A stretch of DNA of 64,000 bases from assembly GCF_009914755.1 (NCBI RefSeq), contig NC_060926.1, one strand, 5' to 3'. The DNA comes from the human T2T-CHM13v2.0 reference genome, Homo sapiens. The translations under genes and the position numbers were made by a program. Shown here one piece after another: positions 47,801 through 61,782 of the stretch (positions within the stretch are counted from its first letter, which is position 1; each line of letters starts with the position of its first letter). The notes beneath the pieces were generated by a model that did no database searches, was not told where the DNA came from, and worked only from the letters and a program-made list of their open reading frames with translations.

Positions 47801-49799
47801 CACTAAAAGGGACTTCAACAGTGGTCCTTTCTAAGGGAATTGGCAATAAGGTATGGAGACTATCTTATGATAGATGTTTAGGCATGTACTAGCTTAATGA
47901 CCTTCTTTGGGATCCTGAAATCACTTAATGAGTGTAGCCCCTTCCTGAGGGTAAGGTAGCACATGTAGTCATTAGCTATTTTATCAGAATTTTATAATGG
48001 GGACTTATAATAAGCCAATCACAAGCATTTGGCCAAAATCAGTAGCTTTGTTACATGTAAAACCTCCTATTCATTGGACTTCTGGGCCAATGCACTCCCT
48101 TAAGATCCCAGAATGGCTCTCTGCTGGGCAGAAGGGATGATCTCCATTCCTTAAATGATGAATTTCCAAGCTCAAAATATACAGCTATAAAACCTAGCAC
48201 CTTAGAAGCCAGTATCTGTATGCATAGGCTCATGTAATTTACAGCCCTAACCAGAAGGTGATGTCATCAACCAAGACACATATTCCACACCTCGTTTTCC
48301 CGTGGTAGGATTTACACTTTCTTGGAGAATGTTAAGTTGGCAAAGAGTGCTGAAAGTGAGCAACAAAGACCCAGGGCAGGCAAAAACTATTCCTTAAGAA
48401 TAAAGTCCTATTCCTGTGTGGTTTGCGATCAGCCAAAATGTGAATGCTTCAGCATATTTTGTGCAATGTAAAATCATTTACCATGGCATGAGTGAGGGTT
48501 ACTTTAAATAGAATGAGAGAAAATTACTATTGCAGTAAGGAAGCTAGCTAATGAGCTTTAGCTTGTGACAGAGTCCTTTTGGGGATCTGGCAAATTCAGG
48601 CAACTGACTGAAACTCAATATTAGGTCTACCAGTTGGCTTGGATAATCCAATTTTAGCAAACAGGAGATATGAGCATAGACCTCTGAGTCTAGGAACTCT
48701 TATGACAGTAAGTAAAAGACTCCCTCTTCTTTTATTCTGCTTGAAAAATTGTATCCTAAGGCAAATGAAAAGGACTTTACCCCCAAATTTTAAGGAGAAT
48801 TAAATTTGTATATCCAGCCAATTATTTGTGCTATACACATCTACAGTCCATTCATTTCTTTGGACTTCTTAAATTTATTTATATAGCAAGTCTCCTGGCA
48901 CTTATATTGATTCCAATGCTACTGATGAAGTTGAAAATGTTGAATGATGTGTTCTAAATCTTCAGAGGTTATTAAGTTCCAGCATGGATTTAAGTTTTTA
49001 AACTCAACCTCAAGAATACACACCACTTATTAATAGCTATAAAGGCTCTGCTTTTCCTCCCACTTTGAGGGTAGCTCATAGAATCACAAATCCAAAGGCA
49101 CTTCATTCTTCTGGCAATGAGATTTTCCTGCTTTAAAAAAAAATTAACTCATGGTGTGACTTTTGCAAATATACAGTTTTGGGATGAATGCCTATGCAAC
49201 TGAATTGGAGGCAGCACATTCTTTCTTGGCCATTTGAACTTCATATTAATCATACAGAGTAGAGTTGATGCAAGCCCAAAACACGAAACTAAAGCCCAAC
49301 ACTCCTTACCAAGGGGAGAAGTGCATCATGGAAGACGTAACATTATATGCCGTTGCTTGAATTTTTTTCTTAAAGCATTATATCTAAGGGGAAATGGGCA
49401 GTCACTTGCTTAGGCCTTTGATTCATGGCCATCCAACAGTCCTGCATGGATCCAGTACACTCTCTGTGCTTCTGATGCTTTTTCTCTTTCTCAGAGCCTT
49501 AATGAATACAAATAAACACAAATAAGAAAACCCCTTCTTAAACTTTAAATAAACCATATGTTTAGTAAATTTTTTCTTTTAAAATGTAGTAATGAGAGAC
49601 ATGGATTCTTAACAGGTTTATGGGAAAAGTGGTCTGATATTAAATCTTTTAGTACTAAAGCTCTACTGAATAAAAGCCTTCCCAAACCTTTGAGCAGCTC
49701 CACCCTGTATCCTTCAAATGCTTACTGTTGCCCAAACACATTTGCTACTCTTGGTCACTGCTGTGCAATTAATATGTTTCTCACACCATAAATCATCTT

Positions 49800-50115
49800 C
49801 TTCTAACCCTCAACCTCTTGGGGAATTTATGTCCAGACTGGAATCAACCATCAAGTCTTAAAGGAAGCCATCCCTAGCTTCCCAGGTGGTGATAATGGTT
49901 CTTTTCTCCCCTTTCCTCACCACATTGTATGTATCTCTGCTACGATGCTTACCTCATTACCCTGTGATTCTCCCTGTGTATTTCTGTTTCCTTCTTTGAT
50001 TCATAATCTCTTCCAGGGTAGCACTTAACTGTTTCTATGTCCTCAGGGCCAATCACATAATGCTAGTCTATACATTTCTAATAAAAAGCTGGATGAATGA
50101 ATGACAAAATGAATG
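49800..50115 (+). mobile_element. L2 fragment
   Basis: aggaagccatccct...ctcttccagggtagc...gatgaatgaatg tail. Confidence 0.55.
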
Positions 50116-51979
50116 GGTGTAAGAATTGCACTGACTACTTCTGTCTGAAGTTGACAAGGATTCTACAAATGTCCATAGGATTTTCCACCTGTTAAATCAG
50201 AGGGTAATGAAAAACATTTGGCTTCCCATGTCTTTGGCATAGCAAGGGGAAGGAGTCCAATCACGTAAGAAATGTACTTCGAACAGGACTATGTTCCCAC
50301 CTCCTTAACTGTAGTTCAACTCCTTTATTTTTCTAGTTTTTAAAAGTTATTGTTTGGTAATTTTTCAGGAAAAATTTGAATCAAGCATCACATGTTAGAT
50401 AAATTATTATCTAACAAGGGAGACAAAGCAAGTAGCCTCAGAAGGTCACAAAACAACTCAAGGCAAAATAGAGGCTGGTGCTGGACATCCTACCTCTTGG
50501 TTCAAGCAGCCTATGAAATGACCCATTCAAGCTCATTATTGTCCTGAGTATTTTATAGAGATTGTGGAAATGGTACTCATTAAATTACAGTGTTCTCTTT
50601 TTGAGGGGGCTCAGTAAGATGATTTTGTTTCACACATAGTTTTGTTTTTTCTTAAAGACACAGTACATAACATACTAAATCAGCTCTTCTTCTGCCTTTG
50701 GCTCCTGGGAGGTTTAGAATCTAGTAAGTGGCTCATCCCTAAGAAGTGTTTCAGATGAAGATTTACACTTTCATGTTGGTCTCATTTCTGCCAAAATTTA
50801 TCTTTCTGTCTTTGTATTTCTTTTTGCTTCTTTATCAACATCTAATAATATTATCTTACCATTTTATGATACTTTTATAGACTATCATAAATCTTTTTTG
50901 AAGTAGGGTAATAGAAAATATTAAATATTTACATAAAAACAGAATGACTAGTCAAAATATTTAAAAACTACTATGGCATTGTCATTGACCAATCGGTAAG
51001 GTGGAATTCATTAACAACAAAAATGTCAAAATAGTGCATACAGGCAGAACATCATTCTTGCTTATAAATAAATTAAATACCATAGTTCACAGTAGGAGAC
51101 CAAGCATTCAGCTTGAATTCAGAAGACCAGAAAAAGCAGCACCAACCAGGATGAAAAGTACTAAACCAAAGGTCAAAAAGATCCCAGTTGGAAAGCTTGG
51201 TTCTGCCTGTTACTCACTATTTGAGTTTCAGTTTTCTCATATGCAATAAAGGAAAAGAATACTTTCCTATTTCACAAGGCTGGTAGAGAAGATATATGAG
51301 TTTTTGGCAAAAAAAAGAAAAAAGAAAAAATACTGTATGATATAGAAATGCCATACCCCCTACAATTATTTGGGCTTTTCAGTGAAAATTTTCAATGAGT
51401 CACATCATTTTCTTCCAATTTTTTCATACAGGAAAACATGGTTATATATTATAAATGCCTCTACCTTAGTCTCTCTGGTCTTTGGATAATCTTGCATATT
51501 GCTACTGAAATTTGGGAGTTCCTCCTCCATACAGCAGAGTAGATACAGAGTGCTGCCAGGAGCTGCCACCCTGAGCACAGAAGGCTACTCTGCAGCAGCC
51601 TTGGGACTGGGCCACATGGCCATAGAAGCAGCCAGAAAGGAAGAAAGGGTGGGGTGAAGCCAAAATTCAAGCCAGGCATTTTCAACTTCAGCCCTTAGCT
51701 AGTGAGGTCATTTTCCATGTAATCTCTGTTTCCACTAGATTCAATGTCTCTTAAATGTTGAACACACAAAATCTGAACCCATCCCATGAGCCATCCAGAC
51801 CAACACAATGATGCTTGCATTCCTGGCATTGTCATCTGGATCAGGAATTAGTGTGAGTCCAAGATTCAAGCCTGGGCTTGAGGTTACACTTTGACCACCA
51901 CTTCCATGAGTGTCTTGTACTTAGAGAGGATAGCCCTGGTTTCCAGAGAGTACACTCCATCATATCTCTAAAAGGCAGA

Positions 51980-52190
51980 AGTGTCTGGGGGTTCAGAGAC
52001 TGGGCTAGAATTCCAGCTCTACCACGGACTTCCTGTGTGGCTTTTGCCTTCAGTTTCCTCCTATGTTGTGTGGGAATAATAAGAGAACCTACTTCAGAGT
52101 GATAGCAAAGATCTAATGAGCTCATTCATGTAAAGCATTTGAAATACTATATGTGGAAGCATTCTGTAATGTAAAATATAATTATCAATG
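51980..52190 (+). mobile_element. MIR
   Basis: agactgggctagaattccagctctaccac...cagtttcctcctatg...ggaataataagagaacctacttcagag...catgtaaagcattt. Confidence 0.75.
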
Positions 52191-52706
52191 CTCACACATG
52201 TATACTCTCCTATTAAAATTATACAGTTTCAAACTCTAACATCGCAAGGCTGCTACTGATTCTACATGCTCATTTTCCACCCTTTCACAAAAATTATTTA
52301 TCATAACCACACCAAATCCTTGTTTTCAAGAGATATTTCATCCAGGTAGTCTTTCCACATCTGTTTCTCAAATGAGACAGATGTCTATTACTTTATGTCT
52401 TATTTCTTGCATAAAAATAAAGTCTGCCTCCTACTTGGATTGTGAGCTTTCTGAGGACAGGGCCTATATTTCTCCATACCCATATCACCTCCAGCATAAC
52501 CTGACTAAGAGTTGGTGCTCAGAAAATGCTGAATAAAATTATAAAAGAACAAGTTTAATGTTTTGGGATACTGCGCACAGGCTTGTGAGGTGTCTACCAA
52601 CATAACGTGATTTCATAGATGCAAGGAAAAATATCTGATATTCCCAAATGCTCATTCACGGCAGTTGGGCTAATTTCTTAAAGTTCTACACATTCATTTA
52701 TTCATG

Positions 52707-54904
52707 TGTATTAGTCCATTTTCATGCTGCTGATAAAGACATACCCAAGACTAGGCAATTTACAGAAGAAAGAGGTTTAATGGACTTACAGTTCCACATG
52801 GCTGGGGAAACCTCACATTCATGGCAGAAGGTAAGGAGGAGTCAAGTCACATCTTACTTGGATGGTAGCAGGCAAGGAGAGAGTTTGTGCAGGAAAACTC
52901 CTCTTTATAAAACCGTCAGATCCTGTGAGACTTATTCACTATCACGAGAACAGCATGGGAAGGACCCACTGCCATGATTCAGTTACCTCCCACTGGGTCC
53001 TTCCAACAACACGTGAGGATTCAAGATAAGATTTGGGTGGGGACAGAGCTAAACCATATCATTCCACCCCTGGACCCTCCAAATCTCATGTCCTCACACT
53101 TCAAAACCAATCATGCCTTCCCAACAGTCCCCCTTTCTCCCTATGAGACTGTAAAATCAAAGCAAGTAAGTTACTTCCTAGATACAGTGGGGGTACAGGC
53201 ATTGGGAAAATACATCTGTTCCAAATGGGAGAAATTGGCCAAAACAAAGGGGCTGCAGGCCTCAAGCAAGTCTGAAATCCAGCAGGGCAGTCAAATCTTA
53301 AAGCTCCAAAATGATCTCCTTTGATTCCAGGTCTCAAATCCAGGCCACACTGATGCAAGAGGTGGGTTCTCATGGTCTTGGGCAGCTCCACTCCTGTGGC
53401 TTTGCAGAGTACAGCCTTCCTCCCAGCTGCCTTCATGGTCTGGCATTGAGTGTCTGCAGCTTTTCCAGGCACACAGTGCAAGCTGTTGGTGGATATACCA
53501 TTCCAGGATCTGGGGAACAGTAGCCCTTTTCTCACAGCTCCATTAGGCGGTACTTCAGCAGCAACTGTATGTGGGGGCTCCAACCCCACATTTCCCTTCT
53601 GCACTGTCCTAGCAGTGGTTTTCCATGAGAGCGCTGCCTCTGCAGCAACCTCCTGCCTGGATATCCAGGTGTTTGTTTCCATACATCTTCTGAAATCTAG
53701 GCAGAGATTCCCAAACGTCAGTTCTTTGCACCTAAAGGCTCCACACCACATGGAAGCTGCCAAGGCTTGGGGCTTGCACTCTCTGAAGCCACAGCCTTAA
53801 CTGTGCCTTGGCCCTTTTAGCTGAGGCTGGAGCAGCTGGGACACAAGGCACCAAGTCCCTAGGCTGCACACAGCATGGGGCACCTGCGCCTGCCCCCTGC
53901 TGTCCTGCCCATGAAACCATTTTTTCCTCCTAGGTCTCTGGGTCTGTGATGGGAAGGGCTGCCATGAAGACTTCTGACAGGCCTTGCAGACATTTTCCCC
54001 AATGTCTTGAGGATTAACATTTGGCTTCTCGTTACTTATGCAAATTTCTGTAGCAGTCTTGAATTTCACCTCAGAAAATGAGATTTTCATCTCTATCACA
54101 TTATCAGGCTGCAAATTTTCCAAACTTTTATACTCTGCTTCCCTTATAAAATTGAATGCCTTTAACAGCACGTAAGTCACATCTTGAATGCTTTGCTCTT
54201 AGAAATTTCTCCCACCCAATACCCTAAATCATCTCTCTCAAGTTCAAAATTCCACAAATCTCTAGGGCAGGGGCAAAATGCTGCCAGTCTCTTTGCTAAA
54301 ACATAACAAGAGTCACCTTTGCTCCAGTTTCCAACAAGTTTCTCATCTCCATTTGAGGCCACCTCAGCCTGGATTTCATTGTCTATATCATCATCAGCAT
54401 TTCAGTTAAAGCCAATCAACAAGTCTCTAGGGAGTTCCAAACTTTACTACATTTACCTGTCTTCTGATCCCTTCAAACTGTTCCAACCTCTGCTTATTAC
54501 CCAGATCCAATGTCACTTCCACATTTTTGGGTATCTTTTCAGCAGTGCCCCACTCCACTGGTACTGATTTAGTGTATTAGTCTGTTTTCATGATGCTGAT
54601 GAAGACATACCCAAGAATGGCCAATTTACAAAAGGAAGAGGTTTAATGGACTTACAGTTCCATGTGGCTGGGGAGGCCTCACAATCATGGTGGAAGGCAA
54701 GGAGGAGCAAGTCACATCTTACATGGGTGGCAGCAGGGGAACACCTCTTTATAAAACCATCAGATTTTGAGAGACTTATTCACTATCACAAGAACAGCAT
54801 GGAAAGGACCCACCATCATGATTCAATTACCTCCCACTAGTCCCTCCCACAACACATGGGAATTCAAGATGAGATTTGGGTGGGGACACAGCCAAACCAT
54901 ATCA
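52707..54904 (-). mobile_element. Complete THE1B-like MaLR provirus (LTR-int-LTR)
   Basis: LTRs at 52707-53061 and 54573-54904, both tgtattagt...aaaccatatca; ~1.5-kb THE1-int between; PPT-like ttccacccctgg next to the left LTR. TSD tcatg at 52702-52706 and 54905-54909. Confidence 0.96.
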
Positions 54905-55043
54905 TCATGCAAAGGCCCAGAACTGTGTTGGAGTCCAGGACTATAAAACTTAATCAAACAGGACCGCTACTCTACAACAGCCTTCTTCTGGGCTGATGGT
55001 TTTAAAACCCTATTAAGTTCAGACAATATATACACAGGAGGTA

Positions 55044-55399
55044 TGCAATGGTTGATTGTCTGTGTATCCCCAAACTCATATGTTGAAATCCTCATCCACA
55101 AGGTAATGGTATTAAGAGCTAGGGCCTTTAGAAGGTGATTATATCATGAGAGCAAGCCCTCATAAATGGAACCAGTGCCCTTATAAGAGAAGCCCAAGGG
55201 AGTGCATTCATCCCTGCTACTATGTGAGGAAACAGCAAGAAGGTGTCCCTCAGAAAGCTGGCCCTCACCACAGGCTGAATCTGCTGGCCCCTCGAACCTA
55301 GATTTCCAACCTTCAGAACTGTGAGAAATACATTTATATTGTTTTTTAAGCCATCAAGTTTATGGTATTTTACTATAGCAACCTGCATGAACCAAGACA
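55044..55399 (+). mobile_element. MLT1A-like MaLR solo LTR
   Basis: ccccaaactcatatgttgaaatcct...cagaactgtgagaaatac...tatggtattttactatagca...aagaca. TSD aggta/aggtg. Confidence 0.88.
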
Positions 55400-55699
55400 A
55401 GGTGCTTCTCTAACTGTCCTTCAAGCCTATGTAACATGGATGGAGCATGTCAAATACATGTTGGCTGGGGGCCTGAGGGAGAAGCAGGAAGATCCGAAGG
55501 GCCCTGGAATCTGAGGAGGGCTGGGGAAATGATGAGCACCAGGAAGAAAAAGACACAGAGGGAGGATATCAAGTTAGGAAGAGTCTGCCCAAGACACATC
55601 TTTAAAGGAGCTGGCCAAAAGAGAAGTCTTATTAATAACCAGACTCAGTATGAAAAGGATCTGAAAATAATCATTCTCTAAAAGAAAGAGCCCATCTTT

Positions 55700-55890
55700 G
55701 AGTTAAGTAGACCTGGTTTTGAATCTCATTCTTTCACTTAATAGCTATGAAAATACGGACAAATCCTCAGTCTCTGATCTTCACTTTCCTCATCTGTACA
55801 ATGCAGATAGCCTCCAAGTGTTTTTTGTGATGATTAAGTAAAATATAATATCAACCACTGACATTGTATGTGCTTAATAAATGTTGTGCT
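55700..55890 (+). mobile_element. MIR
   Basis: agacctggttttgaatc...cacttaatagctatga...tttcctcatctgtacaatg...gtgcttaataaatg. Confidence 0.75.
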
Positions 55891-58800
55891 TTCCTCCTCT
55901 CCTGCTTAGGTACAAAGCTATTACTGTGTTTGGATGCATTTCTAGTCCAATGGCTCTGTAAGTGTCAGAAAAACATCTATGGATATTTTTTCAGAAATCT
56001 GGTCACATACAAATGAGAAAAGCAGGGGCTGCATGTGAAGCAGACACTGTATGCTTGGGGCAGGACCTGGGACAGACTTGGGTCTGCAGTATATAAGGCT
56101 GGCCTCTCCCAGAAATGCCCTCTCTAAAACTGGGACCCAGCAGAGACATGGAGGGATTCCCTTTAGGATAAGCCCGGCCCCTCCTTGCAGATGAAACTTC
56201 TGAATGCACTGTCCTTGGCAGTTCCAGGCACAGGGAGCACTGGATCATGGGACAGCACAGGCCCCCTGACTCCAGCTCCTGAAATGTGGCAGCCAGAAGC
56301 TGGTCCCCCTTCTATTGCAGAGTCTGAGCTGACACTGTGGACAGGAACATGGGTGGGGAGGTGTGGGTGGGCTATGCTTCCTTCAAACATGCAACTTCAA
56401 AGTCTTGGAGGATGTTGCTTGGCAGGGAAGAGAATCAGGGGCAACTGGAACGGTGATGGAATTTCCAATTATAAAAGGTCCCATTCAGAGCTGCATGCCC
56501 TGTTGCACAACAAGGGAACAAGGAGACATTTGATGGCATTAAAAGGCCTTGAGCTCAAAACAAAGAGACACAACATTCAAAGAGACACAACTTTCTCTGC
56601 TTTGTCTTCTGAGCCTTGAGCCCTGTCTGGTGTGATGTTAGGTTATAAAAATAAGCAACAGCTCATCCCACTCCGCCTTGACAGAAGGCTTGCTTCTGAA
56701 CACAGACCTGAAGGCAGTGCACTCTGGGCTGGGTTTCCCCAAAAGCTGAAGCATACATTTAATTGGGATATTGGAGGAGCTGGATTAGATGCCCAGCTGT
56801 CCACTGTAGAAACACAAACTCTCTGAGACACATCTCCCTAATCTGATGTCCAACCAATGACCAAATTCCTAATGACTCTTGCACCAGCCCCACCTTCATC
56901 CCCATTGCCATTGCCCACCTGGCAGCTACTGCTGTTCCGAAGAGGCCTGAGGGGCACAGTTACTAAGATTATGTTTGAAAATATTTCATAAGAGTCCAAA
57001 ATCACAATGCCATCCTAAAACAAATGTTTATTAACCAGCTATTCCATCAGGCTGGTTGAGAAAGAGCGTGTTATACATACATCTCATGATTTATTCTTCA
57101 GAGCAAACTTATCTGGAAGAGGGAACAGAAACTCAAAGAAGTTGTCTAAGGTCCAGTACCAGTATTGTCAGAGCAGCGAATTGTCATCCACCAGATATCA
57201 TTGTATTCTTCTGTTTCAGCTCCTCTCATACAGCGTTTGCCTATGAGTATAGTGTTTGTCTCACTTTATGAGTCCTCTTCACTCGGTGGTGATCATGTGG
57301 AGGACAGAATCGTGGAGGACAGAATCATGGCAGATAGTGCTTGAAACCCCTAGAGTAACCCCAAAAGATCTGGGCACAGAGCTTTTGAAAACTTGATTTT
57401 AAAAAGAATTTAATATTTGTACTAAATATATACATATTGATCAGTATCTGAATATGTTAATTTCTACATGCACCATTTGCTCAATATTTCATTTCTGATT
57501 TAGAAATTTTAGAAAGCACAATATGTGTGCATCTTTAGAAGTATAATTGTAGTCAGCACAATGTAAATTTTTGAAGAGTAAAAACATTTATACTTCAGGA
57601 ACACAGTATCCCTGGGCAGAGACAAAAGGTACTTACATATATGCCAACTGACAAATGGAAAAATAAGGTCACCAAAGAAACTGTTACAATGGGAATCTTG
57701 TGTTTCTGATGTACATGTTCAGTTGGAGACATGAAATTTTCAAGAATCTCCGTCTACAGGAATGATGCCAGCTCTTCTCTCCTGCACATCCTCTCTGTGG
57801 ATTAATCATCAGGCCCCGGTAACCACAATGTGACCACTATGTGAGGCGCCTTCTTCCCCAAAACAATGAAGTTCTGTCCGATTGTCTTTGGGAGGCATTT
57901 ACAGCTCGAGGACATTGCTCTGTTTCATTGAAAGTACTCAGCGCTAGCGTCTTGGGACATGGCTGGAAGGGGTGTTGAGCCTGATTGGGTAATAACAGAT
58001 GTTTCAGTGGGACACTGAGACATTCATACTGCAGGGCACCCAGCAGGGACACATTTTGAAAGGTGAGGAAAAGAAGAGGGAGCTTCACAGAGCATAGTGT
58101 GAGCATGCAGACCTATTACTCTGATACAGCCATGAGTGTCACAATCCCAAGTCCCCAGTGGGGTCTTCCCTATATAAAGGCTACATGAGGGAAAGAAGTC
58201 CAACTGCTAGATCTTCAACTCTGTTTCAATAACTGAGGAGATAAAATAGTTTCTGTTCATCTGGCTGCATAGGGTTCTGGAATGCAGTAGCTCTGCCCGA
58301 GGGGTCACTGCAGAGCACACAGAGGAACATTGTCATTCCCAGAAGAATGTGGCAGCCGCCCTGCACAGTAGGCTTGCCCCCCTCCACCCCCATATCTAAG
58401 AGCAGCAACCAAGAGTTCTTAAAATAATAAACAGCTGGCTGTGGGCTCGCTACACAAACTCCACAATTCCGGTACAATTCGACTTGACTGAACAGGTCTT
58501 AGACCACAGCACAAGAAACTCCAAGGTCCAAAGGCCTCCCACCCTTGCCCACCATGCCTGGGCACCCTTTAGAATGATTGTCCCAAAGCTTTGTGTCTGG
58601 GAGAGTCTCTTCTAGGAAGCAGCCAAGTGCAGAGGAATTCAAAGGCCTCTGTCTTGCTCTCTGTCTTCAGAGTATGGAACTACAAAGGTGGCCGGGGCTC
58701 TGAGTCTCTGCAGACCCTCAGAGCTGAAAGCAGAGACAACATCAGGGGAAGATGAGACAGAGCAGGAATCTAGATTCGGCTTATAGCAAAGACCCCTCTC

Positions 58801-58894
58801 CTGAACTTCTAGAGTGATACTGGGGCAAGCTGACAGTTACAGACTTATCTGCAGTCAGAAAAGCGAAAACAACAGAAGATGGGGAATCAAAGAA

Positions 58895-59130
58895 GCTGAA
58901 ATTTGTTTCTGGCTCTGTCATCTGCAGATCATGTCACTCTGGATAGATTATTTAACTTTTCTGTGCCTCAGTTTTTCCATCTATAAAATGGGGATAATAG
59001 CAAACTTGTCCTGGGTGACATGCCCATAGTAGATAACTAATAAATATGAATTATTTAATTAATTAGTGATTGAATGACTAGTACCTACCTCAAAGTTGCT
59101 TTGAGGATTAACTGAGGTTAATCTGTGACA
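58895..59130 (+). mobile_element. MIR fragment(s)
   Basis: ctggctctgtca...ctgtgcctcagtttttccatctataaaatggggataatag; tacctacctcaaagttgctttgaggattaa. Confidence 0.7.
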
Positions 59131-59486
59131 CTTGTTTCATAAATGGTAAGTCGTGCAGCATTCAGAAAGCACTGCAAAGAAACTGACCTCACTAAGAAGC
59201 CCTGAGAAGGGTTTCACAAAATGTGGGGTTTCACAAAATGAGAGCTGCTGAACATTCATTAAATGATATATTAACAGGTATTCAGCAGGGGAAAGTTTCC
59301 ATGCAACAATATTCAAAACATTGTGAGATAAATTTAGATGGGTTTGGTCCTATATGACTTCTCAGGGTGTGTTGTAAATTTCCAAAAGAAATAAGATGCA
59401 GCTTTTTCTAAGCCCACTTGACTGTTGAATCCTTTTCACAAGGTTCTCAAGAAGTGGTGATACATTAGAAGACCCGGCTGGGGAAA

Positions 59487-59869
59487 TGTACTTGTCTGTT
59501 CCCGCATTGCTCTAAAGAAATACCTGAGACTGGATAATTTATAAAGAAAAGAGGTTTAATTGGCACATGGTTCTGAAGGCTGTACAGAAAGCATGGCTGG
59601 GGAGGCCTTAGGAAACTTACAATCATGGTGGAAGGCGAAGGGAAAGCAGGCACATCTTACATGGCCAGGGCAAGAGTAAGAGAGAGAAGGGGAGAGGGGT
59701 CACACACTTTTAAACAACCAGATCTCATGAGAACTCTATTAGGAGAACAGCACCAAAGGAGGAAATTTGTCCCCATGATCCAGTCACCTCCCACCAGGCC
59801 TTACCTCCAACATTGGGGATTACAATTTGACCTGATATTTGGGCGGGGACACAGAATCAAACCATATCA
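59487..59869 (-). mobile_element. MSTA-like MaLR solo LTR
   Basis: aagaaatacctgagactgg...ggctgtacagaaagcatggctgggg...caaaccatatca. TSD ggaaa at 59482-59486 and 59870-59874. Confidence 0.92.
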
Positions 59870-60984
59870 GGAAATGACTGTTCTAGCCAACCCTTGGGAA
59901 GAAGGAGGTCCCACAGAAGCCCCACTATGAAATAACCACCTTGTTTTGGGGTTGTGTATATATTTGCCTCCTTTTCTTTGCCAGACATTCTCCCAAGGCT
60001 ACAGCCAGTGCAGTGTATTATAGGCAATCAGCATGATATGCTTAAGCCTAAATTGTCTTTCATTTGTAAAATGGAAACAAATATTGCGAAAGAAGACACA
60101 TCCTCCAGATCTTTGAGCTCCCATCCCACCAATATCTAGGGTGCCTTCCACTGGTGGCAGACTGTGCACACAACTTTAGCACCTAAGTCAGAGCCACATC
60201 CACAGAGGTTAAAGTGAAGGACCTGGGTAACAATAACAGCCCTACTTCTACGAGATGGAAGAGCTAAGGTGAATGAGCCCTATTATTTTCTTGGGGTCCG
60301 TGACACTGGGAGAGCCAGCAAAAGTCCATGCTGGTGTCATGGATATACCCTGCAGAGGAACGTAGAAGAAGCCAGAAAAAAAAAAAGGCATCAGGACTGT
60401 CTTCTCCAAAATAACCCACTCTGCTAGGTCAATCAACTGGTTCCAAGAACCAGCAGCTGGTGATAGATGTTTGTTCATGCTTATCTTCATATATAGGAAC
60501 AGACATTTGCAATTAGCCCATGGCAGATTTTTGGAGCCATTCATGAACTGCCAAGTGATATCTGGCATTGGCATTTCCTCAGCCTTCTGGAAATAAAGCT
60601 TCCCTTTTGGGGTGGTGACCTGATTTTTCTGGGGATCAGAGAGGATGTTAGCAAACTGGTTTATCACCTCAGACAGAGAGATTTTGTCCATGGAGCTGTA
60701 ACAACTCAGTGACAAGTTCAAGGACGCCCCTTCCTGAGGAGCTCAAGGCATAAGCCTTGCCTTGGATCAGCCATCCTGAGCCTGTCCCCAAAGTCCTGTC
60801 ACCCCACAGGCAATCCACTTGGATTCAAAGGCTTCAAGGTCATCTCAAGGACTTGCTCTCTTGCGATGCAAAAAGTGAAAGACAAGAATAATACCCCAGA
60901 AGAAATGCATGCATTCTTCTTTAATGCCAGCTAGAAAGCTCTAATACACCTGGGTTTGAAAACAGCTTTCCATTACTCTCTGAC

Positions 60985-61300
60985 ATATTCATTCAAAACT
61001 AATGACTCAAAGCTCTCCTGCACTAGATGTTTGTGATCAGAAGATGAATAAGACCTGGTTCATGCCTGCAAGGACTCTGCAGCATGCTGGGAGAGATGAA
61101 CGTGCAAGTCAGTACAGTCCACAGTGGTGAGTAACTTCATAGAAAAAGCACAACCCAGAGAAACTATCTGAATCTAGTCTGAGGGACGCATTGCTACAAC
61201 ACGTCCTTAGCTAAGGCTCGAGGAGGAAAGAAGTTGGCCAAGCAAAGAAAGGGCATGAGGAGAGATGGTTTCCAGGCAAAAGGAAAAAGAAAGAAGGCAG
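60985..61300 (-). mobile_element. L2 fragment
   Basis: attcattcaa...aagatgaataagacctggttcatgcc...atggtttccaggcaaaagg are antisense L2 motifs. Confidence 0.5.
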
Positions 61301-61328
61301 GTCCTTGTCCCTTTTGCTTGTTTCTACC

Positions 61329-61782
61329 TGTATTAGTATTCTATTGCTGCCATAGGAAACTATCACAAATTTGGTGGCTTAAAGCAACACAAATTCATCT
61401 TTGAGTTCCAGAGATCAGAAGTCTGACAGGGGTCTCACGGGGATACCATCAAAGTGCCAGCTGGGCTGCATTCCTTCTGGAGGTTCTAGTGGAGAATTCA
61501 TTTCCTTGGCTGGTGATCTTCACTCAGCAATCGAAACCCTCTGACCTTTCTTTCTGCAGTTACTTCTCCTTCTCTGACTCTCATTCACCTGCCTCCCTCT
61601 TCCACTTATGAGGACTCTTGTGATTACATTGGACCCCCCAGATAATCCAGGGTTATCTCCCCATCTCGAGATCCTTAACTTAATTGCACCTGCAAATTCT
61701 CTTTGGCTATATTCACAGACTCTGGGGATTAGGACATGCACAACTTTGTAGAGGAGGTGAAGGGATTATTCTGAATACCACA
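61329..61782 (-). mobile_element. MLT1D-like MaLR solo LTR
   Basis: tgtattagtattctattgctgcc...ggcttaaagcaacacaaatt...gtgattacattggacccc...ataatccagg...ctgaataccaca. Confidence 0.88.

Noticed and set aside
53101-54362. 220-, 127- and 61-aa ORFs
   Set aside because: Inside THE1-int and broken into pieces; TE remnant rather than a domesticated gene.
58169-58180. Possible CArG box cctatataaagg
   Set aside because: Eight A/T bases between CC and GG, not six.
60144-60162. CTCF-like ccactggtggcag
   Set aside because: One base short of the core spacing; weak match.
60248-60721. 157-aa minus-strand ORF in unique DNA
   Set aside because: Non-ATG start, no recognisable domain, crosses a T-run, no clear exon signals; length is compatible with chance.
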